Shown piece by piece: positions 22,244-31,629 of a stretch of 64,000 nt of DNA. Location of the stretch: assembly GCA_963735035.1 (NCBI GenBank), contig CAVTJJ010000004.1, positions 992,001 through 1,056,000 on the forward strand, read 5' to 3'. A program made the translations under genes and the position numbers. The notes under the pieces were generated by a model. The model did no database searches and had not been told where the DNA came from. It saw nothing but the letters and a program-made list of their open reading frames with translations. The DNA is from an uncultured candidate division Zixibacteria bacterium (GTDB taxonomy: Bacteria > Zixibacteria > MSB-5A5 > GN15 > FEB-12). The stretch's first letter is position 1, and each line of letters starts with the position of its first letter.

Positions 22244-23532
22244 TGTATAGTATCATGACATCCGTTACAGGTTGTGTCAAGACATGCGTTACAGTTTGAC
22301 GGTATTATACCTTCTTAGCGAAGGAGGCGGATATGCCGTGGAAGGCGCAGAGTGTAATGGATGAGCGGATACGATTTGTGATGGAGGCGGACCGGTGCCA
22401 AGAGTCGATGTCAGGCCTGTGTCGGGAGTTTGGGATTAGTCGGCCTACCGGGTACCGGTGGTTATCGAGGTACCGGGAGACCGGGCGGGTGAGTGATCTT
22501 CGGGAACGATCTCGTCGGCCAAGTTGCAGCCCGCTACGGTCGGCAGAGGAGATCGTTGATCGAGTAGTGAGTTTACGGTTGGCGTACGACTGGGGAGCTC
22601 GTAAGCTGCAGGTTCTGTTGCGGGATGCCGGGGTCAAGGTAAGTGAGAGCACGATCAACCGTATTTTGAAGCGTCAGGGTTTGCAGCGTGAGCCGGAGGT
22701 TACCGGCCAGGCGACGACACGATTTGAGCGGCAGACCCCTAATGAATTATGGCAGATGGACTTTAAGGGACTCAGCCAAGCGGTTGTAGGGCGGTGTTGT
22801 CCCTTGTCGATTATCGATGACCACAGCCGGTATGCGGTTGGCCTGTATGCCCTCGGCGACCAATTGGGTGTGTCGGTTCACCAGTCGCTGGTGCAAACCT
22901 TCGAACGCTATGGAGTGCCACAGTCGGTGTTGATCGACCACGGAGTTCCGTGGTACAGTCCCAACGGTCACGGCCTGACATGGCTGGGGGTCGCGTTGAT
23001 CAAGCAAGGCGTCCGGCTGCGCTTTAGCGGCCTGCGTCACCCCCAGACACAGGGGAAGGTGGAACGGTTCCACCGCACCTTGGGTGACCGGCTGCGCCAT
23101 CGGGGCTATCCGTCGCTTCTGGCTGACTGGCAACAGACCTTCGATGATTTTGCCAAAGAGTATAACCATGTCCGGCCACATGAATCGCTCGACATGGCGG
23201 TACCCGCCTCTCGTTACCAACCCAGCTCCCGACAGTATCAACCACAGCCGCCAGCCTGGGATTATCCCGCCGGTGCCATAGTCAGGCGACTCAATGTGAG
23301 AGGTCTGCTGTCATGGAAGAGCCGGTATTACTTTGTCAGCGAAGCTTTGGCCAAAGAAGACGTCGAGATCAACCCCTGTGCCGACACCCTGCTGATTCGC
23401 TACCGACACATGTGGATTAGAGAAATTGACCTCAAAACAGGTCGTTCAGAGACTCTGATCGACAAAACCAGAAACCCTTATGTGTAACGGATGTCCTGAC
23501 ACACACTGTAACTCAAGTGTTGACACTGTACA
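22244..23532 (+). mobile_element. IS481-family insertion sequence (1289 bp) with TGT...ACA ends and a 10-bp target duplication CCCCTTGTGG
   Basis: Left end TGTATAGTATCATGACATCCGTTACAGGTTGTGTCAAGACATGCGTTACA; right end (reverse complement) TGTACAGTGTCAACACTTGAGTTACAGTGTGTGTCAGGACATCCGTTACA; duplication at 22234-22243 and 23533-23542. Confidence 0.93.
22333..23487 (+). CDS. IS481-family DDE transposase
   Basis: MPWK...ERIRFV...LCREFGISRPTGYRW HTH; WQMDFKG, DDHSRY, DHG, PQTQGKVERFHRT, YNHVRPHESL; AAGGAGG RBS. Confidence 0.95.
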   Translation: MPWKAQSVMDERIRFVMEADRCQESMSGLCREFGISRPTGYRWLSRYRETGRVSDLRERSRRPSCSPLRSAEEIVDRVVSLRLAYDWGARKLQVLLRDAGVKVSESTINRILKRQGLQREPEVTGQATTRFERQTPNELWQMDFKGLSQAVVGRCCPLSIIDDHSRYAVGLYALGDQLGVSVHQSLVQTFERYGVPQSVLIDHGVPWYSPNGHGLTWLGVALIKQGVRLRFSGLRHPQTQGKVERFHRTLGDRLRHRGYPSLLADWQQTFDDFAKEYNHVRPHESLDMAVPASRYQPSSRQYQPQPPAWDYPAGAIVRRLNVRGLLSWKSRYYFVSEALAKEDVEINPCADTLLIRYRHMWIREIDLKTGRSETLIDKTRNPYV

Positions 23533-24090
23533 CCCCTTGTGGTTCTGCCATCGGGAGTGTCGAAACCACGGGGGTTTCGATCTACAAAAATTGAAAGTCT
23601 TCGTAGGTCGGGTTCACGAGTGTCGAGCGGAGCGAGACGCGAGAAAACCCGACATCTCACAAACGGCCGACAGGCCGTCATTCCTGCGAGGGCAGGAACC
23701 CAGTCAAGCACGATCCCGAAACAGTCATGGTTTTCCAATCGTCCGATGGCAGAAGGCTCTGCAAACTTCGACACTCATGTTTGGGCGACCTTGTCTGGGT
23801 ACCCGCCTCCGCGGGTATGACGTGACTGGCGTCCCGTTTCTATATCGCAACTCAAGCGGCATAATTGTAGCAGAACCCCTTGAGGTTCTGCCGTGAACTA
23901 ATCGCCGTCAGGCGGGTGCGACGTAGCTCGGCAACTTCGAATTGGTGGCATTAGAACAAGTCGGCAGATGTCGGCATCTGCCGGCATCTGCCGGGCACCT
24001 GCAGGATACTCCGTAACGGATCGCCCACCATGAGTAAATCTCCACGGTCCCGATCAAGTCGGTCAGGTGGCCCTCGCGATTGCCGGTGGG
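23533..24090. repeat. REP cluster right of IS481
   Basis: Remainder of the target hairpin; GTAGGTCGGGTTCACGAG..ACCCGACA near 23603-23654 (also near 42088-42138); CGTC doublet at 23676-23822; CGGCAGATG..CATCTGCCGGGCAC at 23962-23998. Confidence 0.8.
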
Positions 24091-24277
24091 TTTACAAGCG
24101 TTGTTAGCTCGGATTCAATGAGTTGCGGGGGGCAGGCGGGTGTCGAGATTCTCCTTGCCGCGCTCTTTCAAGCGAAGTATCTTAAAAAGCTATAAGTGAA
24201 ACTCGCAATGAACTCATTGTACAGCAATCTGGTCCGCTGGATACGGGGTTCGGCATAACTGGAGCAAGTTTAAGGAC

Positions 24278-26554
24278 ATGACCGAGAAAAATTCTGGACT
24301 TATAACCCTGTTGATGCTCACCGGCGCGATTCTGGGCGGCCTGTGTGGGTACTTTCTACCTCAATACGCCTTCGCGGTAGGTTTCCTGGGACAATGGTTT
24401 CTGGGCGCCCTGAAGATTCTCATTATTCCCGTACTCGCAGCCGGAGTGATTACCGGCATTACCTCTTTTGGAGAACTCCGTCGCGCCGGCGGACTCATGA
24501 AGACCCTCGTCTGGTATTTCCTCGGTACGACAGTTGTCGCAATCGTAATTGCGTCCGTGGTCGGCTGGATTTTTGCCCCGGGGGCCCAGGCCGGTGTCTT
24601 CATAGGCACGTCCGGCGGGACCCTGTCGACCGCCTGGCAGTCGCTTTCTCAGGCGCTCAGTTCACTTGTTCCGGGCAATTTGTTTCAGGCCGCGGTGGAA
24701 GGAAAATACATCGGTCTTGTTCTCTTGACCGTTCTGCTAGGCGGCACGCTGGCTTCGATCGGTCTACACGGCCGAACCATCGTGACATTCTTCCGGGGGC
24801 TCAGTGACGGTCTTCATCGGGTTGTCGACCTGGTTCTCTACGCGGCGCCGGTGGGCATCTTCGCGCTGGTAGCTTCGGCCGTGGCGGGCAGCACCCGTAT
24901 GCCGGCCAACTGGTCTGACGTAGCCACTTCGTACTTGTCAGCTTCGTTGATTGCGCTCGGAATCTATGGACTGGTCGTTCTTCCTATGGCCATGAAGCTA
25001 TTTGGCGGCCGTTCGGTATTCAGTTTCTTCTCCGACTTGTCACCCGCTTTCTTGACCGCGTTCGGGACATCGTCCAAGACGGCTGCTTTTCCGGTGACCA
25101 TGCGCTGTCTCACCGATCGCACGCGGATGGATAATCGGTCGGTCACTACGGCTTTGCCGATTAGCACTGTCCTGGGCTTCGACGGTACCATCGTTCTTCC
25201 TATCGTAGCCACTATTATCGCAGCCTCAGCATGTGGGGCGCCGGTCGGTCTCGTGCAGATGATTGTCATCGGTCTACTGGCAGCGATTGCTTCACTCGGG
25301 ACGGCCGGGATGCCGCTGGCTTCGTTGCTTGCCGCCCCATACTTATTCTCAGCAGTAGGACTGACCTCAGAACAAATCGGTTTTGCTCTGGCGGCTCTAG
25401 TTTCAGTCGAATGGATAGTGGACCGGGTAAGAGCGGTAGTGAATACGGGCAGCGATGCCGTTGCTTGCGCCCTGGTAGCCGGAGCGAGTGATGCGCGCGG
25501 CCCGATAGCGCGGCCGTCGCGTGGTCGCCGTCCGGAACGGTTCGAGCGAGACTCCGAAGAGTCAGGTCGCGAAAGATTTGGTGGACGGGGTGAAGGCTTT
25601 GGCGATACACGCCGTCGTGGTGGACCGGCCGGCCGTCCCCAGCGCGGACGACGCGAAGAAGTTGGTGGACGGTTCACGCCTCCGGGAGCAGGACCGGGAG
25701 CCGGACCAAGACCGCGCCCGGACCTGGCGGATCGCTCTCCATTTCAAATGAAAGCGGGGCGCACTCCCGCCCTGGGTATCGATGCCGATAAGCCCGCAGT
25801 CGCCCCGGATCGCCCCGCAAGAGAGATCGAAAGACCGGTGCGCGAAACTGAGCGCCCTCAGCGCGACACTGAACGTCCGCAGAGGGATCGAGATGACCGC
25901 CGTGAACCCCGTCGGCCAGGCTCGCGTTTTGGCGAAGGTCGTGGTCCTCGCGGACGTCACCGCGGCGGTCCCGAGAGAGTGCCGGAATCGGCAGGACGGT
26001 TGGGAGCTGAAGAGCCGACCGAAGAGTCAGAGTCGCCCAAAATGGAAACACCGCGAATCAACCCTGAAGTTGTAGCGAGAGATCTGTCACGGGTCTCCGC
26101 CCAGTTGCGTGAACCGCAGCCGATCGAACCGCGCGAGCCGGAGCATATACAGCCGGTCGAACCGGACTTGTCGAATGGCTCGGAAGACGATGTCTTTGAG
26201 ACGGGACGTCGCTATGTCGACGATGAACTTCCGGAATTCGATTCCGATATGTCCGACAACCAGGAAGACGCCGTCGACGGCACCAGTGGGGAAGAAGCGC
26301 CTTCCGAAGCTGAACGGCCGATTCGTGACGAGGAACCGTCTGGAGCCGATGAAAACGAACCTTCCGAATCACGCGAAGCGTCATTTGGGCGGGGACGGCA
26401 TTTCCGTGGATCGGCGTTCCGAAAGTCCGAGACTCCTGAAACCGAAGCGCCTGAAGCTGGCACGCCCAAAGAGCCGGATACTGATTCGGGGACAGGTGGC
26501 TTCTCAAACGAGGATGCTTCTTTCGGTCGGATGAAAAGAAAGCGGACTCGTTAG
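24278..26554 (+). CDS. Dicarboxylate/amino acid:cation symporter (DAACS)-family protein with a long disordered C-terminal tail
   Basis: FLGALKILIIP, LVPGNLFQA, TAFGTSSKTAAFP, FDGT, EWIVDRVRAVVN; ~350-aa R/G/P-rich then acidic tail. Confidence 0.85.
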   Translation: MTEKNSGLITLLMLTGAILGGLCGYFLPQYAFAVGFLGQWFLGALKILIIPVLAAGVITGITSFGELRRAGGLMKTLVWYFLGTTVVAIVIASVVGWIFAPGAQAGVFIGTSGGTLSTAWQSLSQALSSLVPGNLFQAAVEGKYIGLVLLTVLLGGTLASIGLHGRTIVTFFRGLSDGLHRVVDLVLYAAPVGIFALVASAVAGSTRMPANWSDVATSYLSASLIALGIYGLVVLPMAMKLFGGRSVFSFFSDLSPAFLTAFGTSSKTAAFPVTMRCLTDRTRMDNRSVTTALPISTVLGFDGTIVLPIVATIIAASACGAPVGLVQMIVIGLLAAIASLGTAGMPLASLLAAPYLFSAVGLTSEQIGFALAALVSVEWIVDRVRAVVNTGSDAVACALVAGASDARGPIARPSRGRRPERFERDSEESGRERFGGRGEGFGDTRRRGGPAGRPQRGRREEVGGRFTPPGAGPGAGPRPRPDLADRSPFQMKAGRTPALGIDADKPAVAPDRPAREIERPVRETERPQRDTERPQRDRDDRREPRRPGSRFGEGRGPRGRHRGGPERVPESAGRLGAEEPTEESESPKMETPRINPEVVARDLSRVSAQLREPQPIEPREPEHIQPVEPDLSNGSEDDVFETGRRYVDDELPEFDSDMSDNQEDAVDGTSGEEAPSEAERPIRDEEPSGADENEPSESREASFGRGRHFRGSAFRKSETPETEAPEAGTPKEPDTDSGTGGFSNEDASFGRMKRKRTR

Positions 26555-26742
26555 TCGATCCAGGTGGCTGTCGCGCAATAGGTTGAATGGTTCCGCCAGT
26601 TCCCGGTCGCGATGATCGGGAACTTCGCTCGTAATTCTACGATATATTCATTGGCGGGCGCGACTAACAGCCAACCGGGTGACTAAAATTGTTGATCCGT
26701 GGGTCGCCTCGTCGTATCGGTTCGGCCGAAGGATACTGAAAA

Positions 26743-27603
26743 ATGAATACGATTAAAGTTACGATGATGATGCTGGTTCTGATGGCCCTGTTTGTGGCCG
26801 TCGGATATATGGTTGGTGGCGAAGGCGGCATGGTGATGGCGTTTGTCCTGGCCGCCGTCGTGAATTTTATCTCCTACTGGTTTTCGGACAAGATGGTCCT
26901 GTCGATGTACAAAGCCCGCGAGGTAAAGGAAGCTGATCATCCGCGTCTTTTCCGGGTAGTAAGTCGGGTAGCGGCTCAGGCCATGTTGCCCACCTCGCCG
27001 AAAGTGTACATCGTTCCTACTCGGGCTCCCAACGCCTTTGCTACCGGTCGCGATGCCGATCACGCTGCGATAGCGGTGTCTGAAGGATTGCTCGAACTGC
27101 TCACTGAAGATGAACTTGAGGGCGTGATCGGTCACGAAATCTCTCACGTAACCAACCGGGATATTTTGGTCGGCATGATTGCGGCCACCTTCGCAAGCGC
27201 GATTGGTACGCTTGCTTTTATGGCTCGGATGGGGGCCATATTCGGCGGCATGTCGAACCGCGACAATGACCGGGGTGGCGTGATTGGAATGCTGGTCGCG
27301 GCGATTGTCGCGCCGCTCGTGGCCATGATCATACAGACCGCCATTTCCCGCCAGCGCGAGTACAAAGCCGACGCCGAAGGTGGGCGCATTACCGGAAAAT
27401 ATCTGTCGCTGGCCTCAGCTCTCGATAAACTGCACCGCTCGCCGATTCGAATGAATCTCGATGATCGTCCCGCGACCGCGCATCTGATGATCGCCAATCC
27501 GCTTTCGGGGCGGAGCTTCACTAATCTTTTTTCAACCCATCCGCCGGTGCAGGAGCGGATCAAACGGCTGCGCGAAATGGCGCAGATGCCGCCTCATGGA
27601 TGA
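26743..27603 (+). CDS. htpX: Zinc metalloprotease HtpX
   Basis: SYWFSDK, PNAFATGR, GVIGHEISH, AISRQREYKAD, LFSTHPP. Confidence 0.95.
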   Translation: MNTIKVTMMMLVLMALFVAVGYMVGGEGGMVMAFVLAAVVNFISYWFSDKMVLSMYKAREVKEADHPRLFRVVSRVAAQAMLPTSPKVYIVPTRAPNAFATGRDADHAAIAVSEGLLELLTEDELEGVIGHEISHVTNRDILVGMIAATFASAIGTLAFMARMGAIFGGMSNRDNDRGGVIGMLVAAIVAPLVAMIIQTAISRQREYKADAEGGRITGKYLSLASALDKLHRSPIRMNLDDRPATAHLMIANPLSGRSFTNLFSTHPPVQERIKRLREMAQMPPHG

Positions 27604-27665
27604 GCCGGGTGACACCAGGCCAGGCGACCTTGTTCGACAACCATCAATGACGCCGGGGTCGTGAC

Positions 27666-28979
27666 ATGGATCGCGACCTATTTGTCGAACTCCTGGCGAT
27701 CTTTCTCCTGATTCTGGCCAACGGTCTGTTTGTGCTGGCGGAATTTGCGATTATTTCCAGTCGAAGCAGCAGGTTGGCTCAGAAGTCATACGAAAGGAAG
27801 TGGGGTGCGCTGAAAGCCCGCTGGCTCCGCTCCGACATGGATCGGTTCCTGGCGTCGATGCAGGTCGGCATCACTCTGGTCACCGCTTTGTTAGGAGTCT
27901 TTTCCGGAGCTACCGTGGTTGACCGAGTGCAGGCCCTGTTGGCACAGTCGCCCATTGGACTGATTTCGAGATCAGCACCGTCCATAGCTGTCGGCCTGGT
28001 TGTCGTGGGGATCACGATCTTGTCGGTATTGCTCGGCGAATTGGTGCCGAAGTACATTGCCCTGACCTACCCGGAACGGTATGCCCGATATGTGTCAGGC
28101 CCGGTCGGCCTCTTCGTCACCCTGACCTCGCCGTTTGCGCGCGTGTTCAGTTGGGTCGCCAATCGGATCGTTCGATTGCTCGGGTTGAAGAAGGTCGAGC
28201 ATCAAGTGACGGAAGAAGAAATCAACCACATGGTTCTGGAGGGCCTGCACGGCGGGATTTTTGATCATACCGAGCACGAGTTTGTTCGTTCGGTGTTCGA
28301 TTTCGCTGATTCGACGGCCCGTCGCGCCATGACTCCGAGGCCCGATGTTATCGCGCTGGAACGGTCGCTCGATTCCAACGAGATCCTTCGAATCGTCCGC
28401 GAACAGGAATACAGCCGGTACCCTGTCTGCGAGGATACGATCGACCACGTGGTGGGCATCATCCACACCAAGGATTTGCTTGAACCACAGGTCGATCTGA
28501 ACCGGATCGATCTGGGAACGCTCGTTCGTCCTGCCCTCTTTGTTCCTGATTCGATGCCGTTGCCGAAGCTGCTCAAGGAGTTCCAGCGCGGCCGGAATCA
28601 CATGGCGATTGTTCTGGATGAATATGGCGGCACCGCCGGAATTATCACGATTGAAGATATTCTGGAAGAGCTGGTCGGCGAGATTCAGGACGAGTACGAT
28701 ACCGAACCTGCGCCGCTGGTGAGACAATCCGACACTATTCTGTTCGCCGATGGCGACGTTTGGCCGGGCGACGCCAACGAAGTCATTGACTGCCATCTGC
28801 CCGAAGACGAACACGACACGCTGGCCGGGCTGATCATGAAAACTCTCGGGCGGCTGCCCGACAAGTACGAATCGGTTGATATAGCCGACACCCGGTTGAC
28901 CGTCCTCGCCAAGAGCGAAAACCGCATTATCCGAATCAAAGTGCAGAAAGTAGTTCACGAGAGCCGCGAAGACGCCTGA
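27666..28979 (+). CDS. HlyC/CorC (CNNM-CBS-CorC) family membrane protein
   Basis: ANGLFVLAEFA, QVGIT, GELVPK, CBS pair, VLDEYGGTAGIITIEDILEELVGEIQDEYD. Confidence 0.92.
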   Translation: MDRDLFVELLAIFLLILANGLFVLAEFAIISSRSSRLAQKSYERKWGALKARWLRSDMDRFLASMQVGITLVTALLGVFSGATVVDRVQALLAQSPIGLISRSAPSIAVGLVVVGITILSVLLGELVPKYIALTYPERYARYVSGPVGLFVTLTSPFARVFSWVANRIVRLLGLKKVEHQVTEEEINHMVLEGLHGGIFDHTEHEFVRSVFDFADSTARRAMTPRPDVIALERSLDSNEILRIVREQEYSRYPVCEDTIDHVVGIIHTKDLLEPQVDLNRIDLGTLVRPALFVPDSMPLPKLLKEFQRGRNHMAIVLDEYGGTAGIITIEDILEELVGEIQDEYDTEPAPLVRQSDTILFADGDVWPGDANEVIDCHLPEDEHDTLAGLIMKTLGRLPDKYESVDIADTRLTVLAKSENRIIRIKVQKVVHESREDA

Positions 28980-28999
28980 GCCTACCAGGCTACGTCGCG

Positions 29000-29222
29000 A
29001 TCTCAGTGGGCGGCAGACGTCCTCGTCTGCCCCTTGACGCGGGGTACACGAGGATCCGCCGCGGCGGGCCGCTCTCTAAATGGATCCGCAGCTTAGATGC
29101 CCATTTCATAATAGTGCCCGGCAGATGTCCACATCTGCCGGCTCGTATTAAGTCCGCCGAATTGAGATTGCCACGCTACGATGTCTCCCCAAACGACGGG
29201 CCATCTACACTCGCAATAACGC
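29000..29222. repeat. REP cluster
   Basis: GTGGGCGGCAGACGTCCTCGTCTGCCCC at 29006; GTGCCCGGCAGATGTCCACATCTGCCG at 29114-29140; GAGATTGCCACG...CTCGCAATAAC near 29164-29220. Confidence 0.75.
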
Positions 29223-29300
29223 TGAAAAAGGGCCCCCAGCAGGTCAGCTATCATAAATTCGGACTACGCATCGAGTCTCAGTTTTTCGTACCTTTAATAT

Positions 29301-30215
29301 ATGACGAATGGACATCACCACCCGGTTTCCGGCCAGCGCCTGTTTTGGACAATTGTCCTCAACGCGATAATCACGCTGGCTGAATTCGTTGCTGGATTGA
29401 TGTCGGGTTACCTCGCACTTACGGCCGATGCTGTCCACAATCTTTCCGATGTCGCCGCGCTCGTTCTGGCCTGGCTGGGAGTAAAGGGTTCGCAACGGCC
29501 CGCTACTAAGCGGTCTACCTATGGCTATAAGCGCGTAGAGGTTATGACAGCGTTTGTATCGGCGGTGGCGCTGGTAGTAATCGCTCTGTTTATCATCTGG
29601 TCAGCATACCATCGATTTCTCCAGCCTCAGGCGGTTGAAATGCCGGTGCTATTTATGACGGTCGCCGCGATTGGTCTTCTGGGAAATTTGGCGTCAGTTG
29701 GCCTGCTTCTTCGCGAGAAAGACAAGTCGCTCAATCTCAAGACAGCTTTTTTGCACATGGCCTACGATACTCTGTCGTCGGTAGTAGTGCTCTTAGGCGG
29801 GGTAGTGATTCTACTCACGGGCTGGACCCTGATCGATCCGATTCTCTCGGTCGCTATCGCAGTGATGATCTTCTGGTCATCCTATCTGGTCATCAAAGAG
29901 GCAATGCTGATCCTGATGGAGGCCGTGCCGCCGGGAATCGATTTCGACGAAGTCCACCGAGCCATCGAGAAGGTGGATGGCGTGTGCGACGTCCACCATC
30001 TCCACATTTGGTCGCTCTCGTCTTACGAAATCGCACTCTCTTGTCACGTCGCCGTGTCCGAGGAAAGCTTCACGGGAACGACACGCATCACCGCTGAAAT
30101 TGATCGTCTCATGCACGATCGGTTCGGTATCGGTCATTCGACCATTCAAATTGAACATCAGGAATGTGGCCGGCCGGGTTTGCTGTGTGATCCCGATCAT
30201 CGTCACGCCGACTAA
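29301..30215 (+). CDS. Cation diffusion facilitator (CzcD/ZitB-like)
   Basis: ADAVHNLSD, TYGYKRVE, AFLHMAYD, VHHLHIW, HSTIQIE. Confidence 0.93.
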   Translation: MTNGHHHPVSGQRLFWTIVLNAIITLAEFVAGLMSGYLALTADAVHNLSDVAALVLAWLGVKGSQRPATKRSTYGYKRVEVMTAFVSAVALVVIALFIIWSAYHRFLQPQAVEMPVLFMTVAAIGLLGNLASVGLLLREKDKSLNLKTAFLHMAYDTLSSVVVLLGGVVILLTGWTLIDPILSVAIAVMIFWSSYLVIKEAMLILMEAVPPGIDFDEVHRAIEKVDGVCDVHHLHIWSLSSYEIALSCHVAVSEESFTGTTRITAEIDRLMHDRFGIGHSTIQIEHQECGRPGLLCDPDHRHAD

Positions 30216-31570
30216 TGCAGGAAAAACAACTTCATCAACTCATCATCGAAGATCTCGCCTTTGACGGCAAGGCGGTGGCGCATCTGGACGGGAAAGTCGT
30301 CTTCCTCGACGCCGGTCTGCCCGGTGAAACCGTACTGGCCGAGATAACGCTCTCGCGACCGCGCTACAGTCAAGGGCTGGTGAGGGATATAGTTACGCGT
30401 TCACCGCGACGCATCGACGCGGCCTGCACCCATTTTGGAGTTTGTGGCGGCTGTTCTTGGCAGGACCTGGATTACTCCGAGCAGTTGGCGTTCAAGAAAC
30501 GACACGTCGTCGAATGCATCGCCCGTATCGGCGCCATCAAGGACGCGGTCGTTCACGACGTTATCCCGTCGGAGAATGTCTTCGCCTACCGCAACAAGAT
30601 GGAGTTTTCGTTTCACGCCCTGGGCGATGACCGTTTCCACCTGGGATTGCACCGACGCGGGCGGTTCGATGACATCTTCGATCTCGAAGCCTGTCTGCTT
30701 CAGGATGAGACCGCCAATCGGATAGTCTCGTACGTGCGAGAGTTCGTGAAGCGCGAACATCTGCCGATCTATGACGTCACTCTGCACACCGGCTACATGC
30801 GTTTTCTCGTAATCCGCCGGGGCGTTCGTACTGGACAGGTGATGGTTTTCGTGGTGACCAACCGGGGAGATTTTACCGCGTCAGATAAGCTGGTGTCCGA
30901 ATTGCACGAGGCGTTTCCGCAGGTGGCGACGATTGTCCACGGGCAGACCGGAAGCAAATCGAATATCGCCGTCGCCGAGGTTGAGACGGTGCTCTACGGT
31001 CCTGGCTATATTGAAGAGATGCTCCTCGGCATGACGTTCCGCATTCGGGCCAGTTCGTTCTTTCAAACGAACACGGTGCAGGCGGAGCGTTTGTATGAGG
31101 CCGGATTCGATCTCCTTCAGCCTCAACCGACTGACCGTCTGCTGGACCTCTACTGCGGGACCGGGGCGATCGGGCTGTTGCTGGCTCCTAAAGTGGCGCA
31201 GGTAGTCGGGGTGGAACTGGTTCCTGATGCCGTGGTGGCGGCCGGCCAGAACGCGACTCTCAATAGTGTCCAGAACATTACGTTCATAGAGGCCAACGTC
31301 ACCGATTTTCTGCGAAGCGGCGTCCCCGAAGTGACCGATTGCACTGCGGTGATTCTCGATCCCCCGAGGGCCGGCCTGCATCCGAAAGTACTGAAACGCT
31401 TAATAGCTGCGCCCCCTGCGAAGTTGCTGCATTTCTCCTGCAACCCGGCCACTTTTGCCCGCGACGCTCAGGCGTTGATCGGCTCCGGCTATAGGATGTC
31501 CGAAGTGCGCCCGGTTGATATGTTTCCCCACACCCGGCATATTGAACTGGCCGCGCTGTTCACACGCTGA
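30215..31570 (+). CDS. rlmD: 23S rRNA (uracil-1939-C5)-methyltransferase RlmD
   Basis: TRAM domain, C.HFGVCGGC, YRNKMEF, SFFQTN, DLYCGTG, LDPPRAG, SCNPAT, DMFPHT.HIE. Confidence 0.92.
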   Translation: MQEKQLHQLIIEDLAFDGKAVAHLDGKVVFLDAGLPGETVLAEITLSRPRYSQGLVRDIVTRSPRRIDAACTHFGVCGGCSWQDLDYSEQLAFKKRHVVECIARIGAIKDAVVHDVIPSENVFAYRNKMEFSFHALGDDRFHLGLHRRGRFDDIFDLEACLLQDETANRIVSYVREFVKREHLPIYDVTLHTGYMRFLVIRRGVRTGQVMVFVVTNRGDFTASDKLVSELHEAFPQVATIVHGQTGSKSNIAVAEVETVLYGPGYIEEMLLGMTFRIRASSFFQTNTVQAERLYEAGFDLLQPQPTDRLLDLYCGTGAIGLLLAPKVAQVVGVELVPDAVVAAGQNATLNSVQNITFIEANVTDFLRSGVPEVTDCTAVILDPPRAGLHPKVLKRLIAAPPAKLLHFSCNPATFARDAQALIGSGYRMSEVRPVDMFPHTRHIELAALFTR

Positions 31571-31629
31571 TTCATTTGTTGCGCCCACCGTCATGAACTC
31601 GGTAAATTAGCCGTCTTAACAATGGAGGT

